A DNA stretch of 64,000 nt from Callorhinchus milii (taxonomy: Eukaryota), in assembly GCF_018977255.1 (NCBI RefSeq), contig NW_024704743.1, positions 43,278,001 through 43,342,000 of the forward strand, given 5' to 3'. Position 1 is the first letter of the stretch. Every line of letters starts with the position of its first letter. The notes beneath the pieces were generated by a model. That model did not search any database. It saw nothing but the letters and a program-made list of their open reading frames with translations, and was not told the DNA's origin. Below, one piece after another: positions 34,501 through 46,500 of the stretch. The position numbers and the translations under genes are program-made.

Positions 34501-37500
34501 CAATTCTGAACCAGTACCCTCTTGTCTTACTGAAAGAATTGCTGTTTGAAAGAGCGAGCACAGACACAATGAGTCTTGTTCTGAGCTATAAATTCTATGC
34601 GCAATAGTGTACATTATTTTACACTATTGCGCAGGTCCACAGTAAAGATCTTGTGCAGAATCCCTTACTTGTACATCTCCAGATTTTGAGGGCTAGGTAT
34701 GTGTTTCTTTATTACAAGTCATATTGGAAATGTTGTTGATTTTTATATTTAGACTCAATTGCATCACCAAGCTGGATACTGCGGATATGGATATCTTGCC
34801 ATATGTTACGCATCTAGATCTGCGGGACAACAAATTGACTGACCTTGATGCCTCTGTGTTTGGCAACATTGAGGTTTTGCACTGTGAACGAAATCAACTG
34901 TCCAGCCTTAAAGTCAGTGGGTATCTGCTGAAGAATCTATTTGCTGCTACAAATAGTAAGTCTGGAGTCTCACCTTCCTTATTAGTTTATGTTTGTACTC
35001 TATTTGCTCCTTTTCTGTCATCTTACCTTTTGAGCGCTTTGGGATGTCCTCCCAACGTGAACGGCGTTGTACAAATGTATTGTTTGGAGGCTAAGGAGGG
35101 GCGAGGTGACCTCCTTCAAGTCCTGCCTCAAGACCTTCCTCTTCGACCATGCCATCGGCCACCCCCCTTCCCCTCCCCTTCCTTCTCCCCCCCTGATCCC
35201 AGCTCGGGTCTGAAATGCTGTTCACTGTCCAGCGCCTTGGGACGTTCTCCCGACATGCAAGGTGCTATACAAATGTAATCTTGTTCTTGTTGTTGTTTGT
35301 TGAGAACACATTGGCCTGGCCATTGATTGAAAGAAAATTGACTAGAAAAGGGGAAAACTCTCACCTAACTCAGTTTAGGATGCTAACTCGGGGAATGGAG
35401 TTGAATGGAAATATTTTGCGCCTGGAAAGTCAATCAGTTTAAACAAATTAATTAATTTGACTTTAGTTAGATTTGGCAAGCAGTAATTAACATGAGCAGG
35501 AAAGCCACAAGTCAGACTCATGCTGTGGAATTAGACTGGAATGGGTGGTGCTGTGGTTCCTCAGCACCTAGTGATATAATTTGTGAGCGGAGGTGGTGAG
35601 CCAGGGAAAACTAGAGAAATGATGGACAATCTTTTTGGGTCGGCAGCAAACTGCTATAAATCACGAAATATTCAGCCAAGAAAAACCTGGAAACACAGTA
35701 CTGATGGAATTCGGACTTACCTAGACTCGTGCAAGTGTTGGGGGCGGTGGGGGGCACTTCTTGACGGCACCTTGGACCAGAACTGATCCACGACCGTAGT
35801 TTGACTGGCAGTGAACTAGAGGAATAGCCGCTACACTACTGTGCACTTTATGGTGACCAGGCCAGAGTGGTGCATTCGGAGGCCTAATAAGTGTTCACCC
35901 ATAGCAGACACACTACCCTGCGTGGAGGGCGCTATAAAAGTGCAAGTTGTTGTTGTTGTAGGAGTTGCACCGCTCACAGAGAAGCAGAGACATTGGGGGA
36001 ATAATGTCCTTCAATGAAAACCCGCCAACAGATATAAAACTTGTGGCAGATGTTCCTTTTACACTATTGCTAGACGCTGTCTAAAAACTGAATTGTACTT
36101 TCATTCTTTCAGGCCTTGTGTACATTGATGTTTATCCAGTCCCCAACAACCTTACCTTCATGGATGTATCAAGGTAGGTAATTGTCAACTGTTGGCTTGT
36201 CAATATGCAAGTTAGGTAAAAAACGATGATGTAATCAATGGTGACACAAAGGATGGCAGGACAATAACCAGGGCCACAGACATCATCTTTGAACATCTGA
36301 ATGCTAGAGGAATTATTTCTTCCCACAGAATAGTGGATATGCAAAATAGCCTCCAGCAAAAGAGGTTGAGTCGATTAACTTCTTCAAAAGCTATTAGGTT
36401 AAGAGCAGTGGAGTGGGACTAGTTAGATAGCTCTTTCAAAGAGCCGGCACAGGCATGGTGGGTCGAATGGCCTCTTTCTCTGCTGTAAGATTCTATGATT
36501 CCATGATTCTATGGAAAGGGAGTTGGATGAGGATTTGGTTGGGAATGGGATGAGATCAAACTGAAGGAATGTTTCACAGGACACTGTATTTCCTCTTCTG
36601 CTGGGCTGGGCAAGAGGTAGCAGTTCTGGGCTTAATATTGAAGAAGTGAGGATGGATGAATGCCGAAGATTATTTTGTTTGATTGTCTTTGAGAGTATTT
36701 ATACGGGATGTTTCACTCTGGAGATGAAATGGGTGGAGCAGAGCTATTTGTAAGTAATGGGCTGAGTTGGCTTTTCTCGCTTTGTGGTTGCTTATGATCT
36801 TGCTATGTATAGGAATGTAACATTTTGGTCACGTTTCCTATGTAGGAACCGACTGGACCTCTTACCCGATTGGGTTTGTGACAGTAAAAAGCTGGAAGTC
36901 TTGGATGTGGGCCACAATCGGATCTGCGAGCTGCCTGGAAAGTAAGTAACTGAGCTTGTGTTTGGTGTCTGCAGTGGCAGGCAATACTCAGCAAGAACGC
37001 CCCCCCCCCCCCACCATGGTCTGCTGATGAATCCTGACTTACTTGCTGCGACTGACTGGCCAAGAAATTTATTGTTTGAATTGAGGCTGCACTAATGCAC
37101 TAATGTTAAAATCAGCAATTGGCTGAACCTTGACAGCAGCCCATTTAATCATTAGGTTGGTGATGTTGCTAAAAAGCCAAACTTGGAACAGAAACATTTT
37201 ACAGCAAAGGCTTTGGGCTTCTGCTTCTGGGTGACAAACAACAGAGGAATACCTTGGTAGTCTGAGATTTTAATAGAGATTCAGATATAGAAATTCTTTG
37301 ACCTGTATCTCATCTTTCCAGCGCCTTGGGATGTCCTCATGATGTGAAAGGTGCAATGTATTTGTAAATTTGTTGTTTAAAAATACCCCACTCTATTGTC
37401 CTTTACAGTGTCAGGCTGTTGTTTAATTGAATCGATCTGGTGTCCTAACCCTACTTGGCAACCTGTTCCAGTTGTTAATTACTCTCTGTGTAAAATAAAT

Positions 37501-40500
37501 ACTTCCTGGTGTCTGTCCTGGAGTTGTCTTTTGCAACCATCAATCTGCCCTATTGTCCAGTTGTCTTGGATCTGAGAGTATAGTTTAGTGTGCATATTCT
37601 CAATCCCATTCAGCTTCCAATACTTCTGGGAGATTCTCTTCTCCTTTCCTTCACCTCTCCATTTCCCTGCCCCCACCGCCACCACTTCCTGAGACATCTC
37701 TTGAAGAGCTCTAGCTTATCTAGTCATGTCTAGAAGTTGGGCTCTGGTTTGAATGTTGCTTTTTTTAAAAAATGAATATTTTAAAAAATATTGTATGGTT
37801 TCCGTATTCCAGTTTCCAAAGAATTATGATAAACCTGGGATCTGTGGACAAGATTGCGTGTATTTGTAGAGGATATTGGAGTTTTCATTATTTGAAGTTG
37901 CCTGTCATCAATGGTATTATGACAACCGAAATCACAAAAAACAGTTTTATGCCTTACTCTGAAATATAAAACCTCTTTCATGTGAATCCCACCATAGAAT
38001 TGATACCCACTACATCTGAGTGAATTGTACAGCACTAGTGTAATCCCAGGGTTTAGGCAACCCTGTAACCTGGGAGAGCAAAGCACAATTATTTGATTCT
38101 TTCACAAGGAGCACAACCTATGTGTCCTGGATGAAAGTATTTGTGAAAATGAAAGGGCTGCAAGGAAGTGCTTTGTAAGAGTCATAGAAAATTCAGCACA
38201 AAGGAGAGTCCATTTGGCTTGTGGCATCTATTCCACTGGACCTCTAATTCCATTTCTCCTCTGTTAGGAGGAATATTTGATAGAAAAAGGACACTACATT
38301 GCCTTTATTAATAAATTGAGTTTTGGTGTTTGGTGCTATCGCACATTAAATTGCATTTGTATTTGGTTGCCTATAGTTGCATCCTCCTAACGTTAAAGAT
38401 GCCATATCAATTCAATTTGTTGTTGTGCAACTAATTAATGTGCATGCTTAATGACATTGGCCTGCTGATGTGTTATATGTGTTACAGTGACTAGCAGGGT
38501 TGCTTGTGGTTAATCCGATTGAACAGTCAAGACAGATGTTGGGAAGCCCATAGAGTGATGTTTGTAATATGATGATGGTTGGAAGGACAGAGGTTAACTG
38601 AGGGGATGATTCCAGACATTTAACAATACATCGCAAAAGTGGGGACCAGATGGCAGACACATTGCAATTGTTTTTATTTTATTTATATAATATATATGAT
38701 GGATGACAGGATAGTAATGAGTTTTTTGTAGATATGAAATTTGATCGACGTTCAAGGAAACCATCTTCCTGGAACCAGTTTCCATATAATTTATATTTAA
38801 CTGCGTGAAAGCTTGTTATCTGTGACTGTGGTACAGCCATGTGATTGCATCTCAAATGTGTTATTCTTCTTTATGTCGAGACAAGGCCTAAAAAAACTCC
38901 AGAAAAAGTACTGATTGTACACTGGTGCAGTGCAGAAATGCTTTTTAAAAGTTTTATTCTTGTCACCAAAAAAAGATTGTGACTTATATGAAAGTATTTT
39001 GTTTGCCTACAAAATACACGTATACAGATTCAGTAACCACAAAAGCTTCATTTAAAACAGGGTGCCCAACTTGTAGAAATGACAAGATAAACTAAGGTTC
39101 CTCAACATAGTCACTACACTTTACAATGAATCCTGTGAAGCATTTTCAGATGTCGTTCTGACGCAAGAGGCTCTATATCAAATGCAGGATTCTTATTATT
39201 ATTTACGATCTCTTAAAATATAACCTTGATTTTGGCAGCTTACTTAACTGTAATAATGCAAGTTCTGCTGATGGCTCATGCTCGCAAGCTTAACCCATTT
39301 TTCATTTCAGCTTCTGATTGACCCACTATGGATTTCTATTACTCCCTGATTTAATTTCAGATCTCCAACATGAACAGTTTTAATCATATTACTGATGGTG
39401 CCAGATCATTATTTGTGTGTGTTTTGCAACACAAGCAATCGGTTTAAGCGGATACAAAGACAGTTTGCAGATGTCATGCCTGCTGCCTTTGTGCTTGCTG
39501 AAATTTCTCACATTCTTAGCCTTAAGACAACTTACCTTTAAGATTGCAAGATTGTGCAGAAATTTCAAAAGCTCTTAAATTTGTTCTTAATTTGGAAGCT
39601 GTTTTATTTCCCGCAGGCCTTTTTAAGAACTCCATAAGCTCAAGCACTTCCAATTGAAGACTGATTTTAATAATTTTCAAGTGTGTTGCATGATCTTAAA
39701 AAAACAATGTTCTCATGGCTAACACTGTGAAGCTCTCTCATCTCTGGTCTGTTTGTTACAGCTGGAGACTGAGGGTGTATTTCTGTGAGTTTCTCCACAC
39801 TCAGTAGAGCAGCTCAGGACAGCTCAAAGTACTTTTGTGCCGAGGAGCAGAGGACTCAGTGTTGTATGTTTCCTTTCAAAGGTTGTTCTGTAACGGGAGC
39901 TTGCGCAAACTACTGGCAGGTCACAACCAACTCCGGAAACTTCCGGAACGACTTGAGCGGACGCAGGTGGAGGTCCTCGACATCCAGCACAATCAATTAA
40001 CCGAGTTGCCCTCTAACCTTTTCCTGAAAGCTGACGGGTAATTGAGACGTTTCCTAACGATGCTGTTTCTATTATTATTATTCACATCCGTAAAATGAAT
40101 TCATAGTATCGGAAAAAGTGACCTTCGTCTGCCTTAGAAGCATGTCTTGCTGTCCTTTTGACTTGACAAACTATCATACATTGGTGCAGAAAGACTGCCC
40201 TTTATTCTACTTTGTGGCCAATTTTGATAGCTGGACAGAACATTGAGAACCAAATTAAACCACAGGAGATGTTAGCCGGGACAGGCACAATTATCCCAAC
40301 GCTTGAGCATCAAATATCGTGCTACCCACGGATATGCTCTGAGCTAACCGTGTAGGTGCTTGGCTGCCTTTCTCTATAAGCAAAAGAAAAATGTATGTCC
40401 AGCATTGCTAATGCTTCCAGTGTGCAAGAGGCAGGATCATTCCCTCCAAAACAATTCCATGAATGTCATTTCCCTCCTCCAATAGTGATCCCAAATGAGC

Positions 40501-43500
40501 AGATCAGGTCCAGCTGTTAAATGTGTGCTGTTAACTATAGATTTTACAAAACCTGCTGACAATTAGAAATGTGACCTTATTTTTTGTCATCTTCCTCTAA
40601 CAGCTTGCGATGTCTGAACGTTTCAGCAAATAAATTAGAAATGCTTCCTCCCTCCTGCCTGTCTGAGGAGAGCCACAGTGTACTACAAGAGCTGTATCTC
40701 AGCAATAATTCTCTCACGGATAAATGTGTGCCACTACTGACCGGTCACACTTATCTTAAAGTCCTGCACCTCGCTTACAACCGGCTCCAGAGCTTTCCAG
40801 CCAGGTAAGATGGCCTTTTCAAACACATCCTCTTCGTAACTCTCTACCGGACGTTTGTTGGGGAAAGCTGCTTTTCTACAGTTCTGTTGGTGATTCCTGC
40901 AAAGGGAGTTTGCATTGCTAACTGATGTGACAATCACTGTGAGCACTGATTGCCACAATGGAGAGTTGACAAATGAAGAGTATGAGGAAGGTTGTGGCTT
41001 GTAAGATGCGATTGCACTGAGTGGTGCTGGACGCAGTACACAAGTGCTTTGTAAGACACCTCTTATTGACTTGAACTCTATTTGATCTGCACATGGTTGA
41101 CTCTTGCTGAATACCTAGCATATTCACAGATGCAGAAATCTGGTTAACGCCCCATCACCGCCACCATTTTTTCTCCTCATCCTTGACTAACCAGCGCTTA
41201 GGGACGTCCTCCTGTTGTGAAAGGCCCGATACAAATGCAACCTGTTATTGTTGTCCTTCTTCCAGGCAACAACAATCCTTCTGCTTTTACATCAGCATCT
41301 GTAGTTTCCATGTGGTGGTTTGTGTGAAACTCTCTCGCTTCACTTTTTCAGTAAAATGGCAAAGCTGGAAGAGTTGGAAGAAATGGATCTCAGCGGGAAC
41401 AAACTGAAGGCCATTCCTACCACTATCATGAACTGCAGGCGTCTGCACACAGTCATTGCACATTCCAACTGTATCGAAGTCTTTCCTGAAGTCATGCAGC
41501 TCTTAGAAATTAAGGTACCAAAGAAAAGCTATCCGGAAAGCACACTATCTCCAGAAACCAAATCCTCATTCAATATATTGTCACAAAATATATGAGGGTG
41601 ACATGGTTTGGTTAACGACCTCCTGACAAATAGATTGTGGATGATTTGTTGTTATGAAGGCCAGTCAGTCTATCTAACACTGATTTATCCTGTAAATTCA
41701 GAGGTTGGTGTGACTAGCAATCACCCAGCGGCCAAGCCAAAATAATATGTATGCTGTACGGTCTCTGTGTTAACCAGTCAATGTGGGTGGGTTTAATTTG
41801 GGTATGTTTGCAAGTTTCGCTGAAATTTGTGGCTGCTATAATTTTCTTACCTTCATTTTTACCTCCCCCCCCCCCCCCCCCCCCAACCCCCGCAGGAGAG
41901 TTATCTGACCACGCCTGTTTTGTGCACTGCTGTTTTTGCTTTCCAGTTTAGACGGATGTGAAAGAAAGAAAAAATCAGTTTGGGCCCCGTCAGTGCAGCA
42001 ATGCAGGCTTGCAGCAAACATACTCTTACATGTCTACACTTCCCTGTCTAACAGTTTATACACTATAAACTGAGGCAGCTCAATTCTATCTGCCCTTCCA
42101 GGTACTGAGCCTGGATTATGATGCCAGGTCTCAGTATAATGAATTTTGACAACCAAACCGTGTCACAAGTTGTACATTTAAACATCAGTTCCTGCATCCC
42201 CAGTAACCAAGTGATTAACCAAGCTTTGTTACTGGAGCAAGCTTGTTGAGCTGTGTTTTTAATGCGTTGCATATTTAAAAGTTTAAAAAAACCTATGTTC
42301 ATTGCTAATGGCTCATAATATTATAGACTTTTGCAGGGTAAAGCTTTTTTTTGGACAAACTCCTCCATAATCTCTGTATCCAGCAATATTAACCTCAGTT
42401 GATGCAGATGTAGGTCAGCACATTGGATTAGACACAGAGCTTTGCATATTCCGAATGAAATAAAACCAGCTGTTGTTTAAAAAAAAACATTATTTTTTGA
42501 TAAATCAGGAAAACCATTAATCGTGTCATGTTTCATTGGAATGGGATATCCGTTTAAACAAAGAAATGCTGTTTGGGTGGGGGGGGAAATTCAATGTAAG
42601 GTCAGATTTATGATGGTGGTTGTTTTGCTATCTTTTCCAACAAGAAGTGTTTTATTTTAATTTCTGTGTTTATTTTAATTTTGCAAAGGACTTTTGTCTA
42701 ATCCTCCCCAGGCTAAGCCACGCTTCTGGTTGCAAAGTGCATATTGTGGGGTCAGGACTTACTATCAGTCCAGCTGCTACTGGAGTAGTTGTGTAGAAGA
42801 TAGCTATGGAAAGGTCATGATAGGATGGCACTGCCCCTGTGATAGGTGGTCATTTCTCTATGGGATTTCTTACTAAAGAAATAAAGTGGAGCTTTTAACG
42901 CTAACCCAAGCAGTGGGAGCTCCGAAAGCAGATTGCATTGGGTTAAAGATCCCCGCAGATCGGCCGGTATGACGCAGCTCCCATTTTCTTCTTAAAGAAT
43001 CCTATTAAGGAATCGGCGCATATTAGATAGCAACAACTTGTATTTATGTGGGGTCCTTCACCCAGGAAAGCATTTCGGAACCCGATATTGAGAACCCTGT
43101 TCTGGATTCGGGGGGGTTGCAGGGAAGGGAAAGAAAGTAAGTAAAATCAATCAAAAGCTTGAACTGAAAGGAGCACTAACAGATCTTACATAACTCTTGA
43201 GTATGGACACACGATGCCGATGAGCTGGAAGCCAGCCCAATCCATAGTGCCTGTTTGCTTGTTTCCACAGTGCGTTGACCTGAGCTGTAATGAGCTGAAC
43301 GAGATCACGTTGCCCGAAAATCTGCCACTGAAACTACAGGAACTAGACCTGACTGGAAACCCCAGGCTAGTTCTGGATCACAAAACTCTGGAGCTGCTGA
43401 AGTAAGCAATTGCATTTCCCACTTAACACTGCTTTAGCCCAAATCTTGTTCTCTTCCTTTAGCCTGAGGGTAGTGTTGCCTTTGAACTCACCAGCGATTC

Positions 43501-46500
43501 TTACTTTGATTAATCTAATAAGAGTTCTTTGAAGTAACTGAGAGAACTGAGGAAGATAATGTTGATAATAATGAAGATATGGATGTGGTACACATTGATT
43601 CTCAGAAGGTTTTTGATAATAACGCTTTTGATAACCATGCGGCTTTTGTGGGACACTGCTGAGCGCAATTGGCTGCCATGTTTCGCCCACAAAATAAACC
43701 TCAGAAAACAGCTGCAGAAAATCTTAAGGATTTTAATGAAGTATCTTAACATTCATTGGAATCGATCCCTGGTATCACTTCACTTCCTGTTGTTAAAATA
43801 ATAATCCTTACATTTGGTATTCCACCTTTCACGTCAGGATCTCTCAAAGCACTTCACAGGATTTACTTTAAAGTGCAGTTATTGTGTATTTTATAGGCGA
43901 ACGCAGCAGCCAATTTGTGCACAGCAATATTCCACAAAGTGAATGACCAATTATTACTTGTTTTGGTTGGCAAACTTAATTAGTATTGATTGAAATGCAC
44001 AGAGTTCTTGGGAAAGAGTTACCTCCTGAACGCTGACTCAAGCTGCATAGTTGGAGACTTAGGAACAAGCTGTCTGTTTAGCAGCAGTTCCTGTGTGTTA
44101 TGGAAATAAAATAAAAACGTATAGATTTTTTAAAAATGCAATTCTTTTTGTGACTTGTTGTATAACAATGTTCATTTGTTACATGCAACCAATCTTTGAA
44201 GGAAAAGTGCTTAGCAAATATGACAAGCATCTAGAATGAAATGTATTTCACTGTTAACAGTTTATGTGGCATTATGCATAATAATCAGAATGATTTGATG
44301 CCCCTGACTCTGTAACAAAAAAAGTGTGCATTAATATCAAATCGTTCACTTCAATATAATAATAATGATAATCCTTGCATTTGATATAGCGCTTTTCACG
44401 TCGGGAGGACGTTCCAAAGCGCTTCACAGAACACACTGTAAAGTGAATTGACTGTATATTTGTGGGCCAACGCGGCAGCCAATTGCGCACAGCAATGTCC
44501 CACAAACAGTCGTAGATTGAAAATGACCAATTATATTATTGTTTTTGATTTTGGAGGGATTATTATTAGGCGTGTGGAGTAAGGAAACTTGCCCAAGGTT
44601 TCGCCCTCTGCCTGGAATTGAACTCAGGTCTCTCGCTTGCAAAGCGAGTGCTCTAACCACTGAGCTACAGGACTCTCATACAGCTTTCCATGAATATATT
44701 ACTGAATAATTAAAATACTGTTTGCATTATTATAGCTCTGCCAAAACATTTCTTTGTGTAAAGTGTAGTGGCTGTGTATTCGTAGGCAAAAGCGACAGCC
44801 AAGTTGTGTACAGCAATACCCCATAAGCAGCCATGAGGTGACTGACCAATTTCATCTGAGGCATTGTTGGCCAGAAAACCAGGAGAAACTCCCTTCTCTT
44901 TGGACCTTAGTTTAATGTCATCAAACTGCATGTCTGACAGTTTACTGCTCCCAACTGCATTGGAGTGTCAGCCTAGGCTATGAGATCAAATTCCTGATGT
45001 GGGGCTTGGCCTTCTGTCTCTGAGGTGAGAATCCTACCACTGCGCCAGGCTGACACTAAATAAATCAAACATTTGTTATAATGATGCAGAATATTTGGCT
45101 GTTTTTAATATTGCCTGCACCAATGCACTTTGCCCTTAAGAGACCCCATTACATGTTGGGGAACGTCTGAGGTTTTACACTGTGCAGAGTAAGCTGATCT
45201 CAGCCAGGGCAGCTGTAGAGAGATGGTATAATTGGCTTTAATACCCCAGGTTAAGGAGAGGAAAATCAGCCATGGTTCCCCTCTTCCTGCAGCTTCCTTC
45301 TGATTCCTGTTCCTAATCTCCATCCAGTGATAGAGCAGTGTGTGCGTGTAGATGTTGGTTGAGGACATTGTTTGTCCTCGGCTGTGGCGTCCCCTAGTGT
45401 CGAACAGCCTGCCTGACGCTCATTACCAAGGATGAAGCATGAATAATGAAACCTTGGCTGAAGGACCTTAGGCAGTAATTCGCCCACAACATATACCGTC
45501 AATTCACTTTACACTGTGTTCTGTGAAGAGCTTTGAGACATCTCAACGACATGGCAAGGCGCTATGTCAAATGTAAGGATTATTTATTTAACATAATTAA
45601 TTTCTCTTTGTTTTTATCCCAGTAACATCCGTTGCTTCAAGATAGACCAGTCGGCCACATCCTTTGCAGTTGGTGAGGCGTCTGGTGCCCCAGCTGTGTG
45701 GAGTCATGGATACACAGAAGCCTCAGGAGTGAAAAACAGGTATGTTGCGTTTAAGGAATTAAAACGCACATCTTCTGTCTCGTCAGAATTTCTCACGTGA
45801 AAATTGGCTGGAGATATTTGTACATTGAATACTGGAAAGTCACATTTTGTTTGTCATGAGCTGGTGGAAGATTGTTCCCTTTGTTTCTGCGGTTGCTGGG
45901 ATGCAGAAATAACTGACACGTTACATCTATATGAGATTCCTGTGTCTCCAGAAGTAAAGAGCTAGTGCTTTAATGGATCCTTGGAAATTGAAAGGCTTCT
46001 TTATCCTCCACTGAAACAAGTTTACAGAGGGATTGAAAAGGAGAAACGAGAGTCGCTTCAGAAAAGGAATATTCAAAGGAATTCAAGCTGCAGAATAGAT
46101 TTTTGTTCACCACAGTCATTTCTAAATGGACTGCTTCAAACCTAATGGAATTATTTGAGTCACAGCGCAGGGCCTCAGCGACTGCAAAAAAAACAGGAAC
46201 AGTGCTGTGGGCCAGGGTGAGGTGGGCTGAGGTGAGGTGGGTTCAGGGTGAGGAAGACTGGAGTGACTGTATGGACCCCCGTAACAACACCAGACAGGTT
46301 TTTGAATACTAAGATAATTCAGTGTAATTAGATGGTGAAATTGATGTGTGGCGGCATCTTCAGCGGATGGAAAGGGAAAGGCCAGGTGGACTAATGATCC
46401 ATTCCTGCCTGTATCTCTTTACTGTTTCACTACTTTTAATAGTCGGCTGCTTTGAAGAAATTGAAAGTGTAATCAAACATGGAGCCAAACACAGCCTTTC

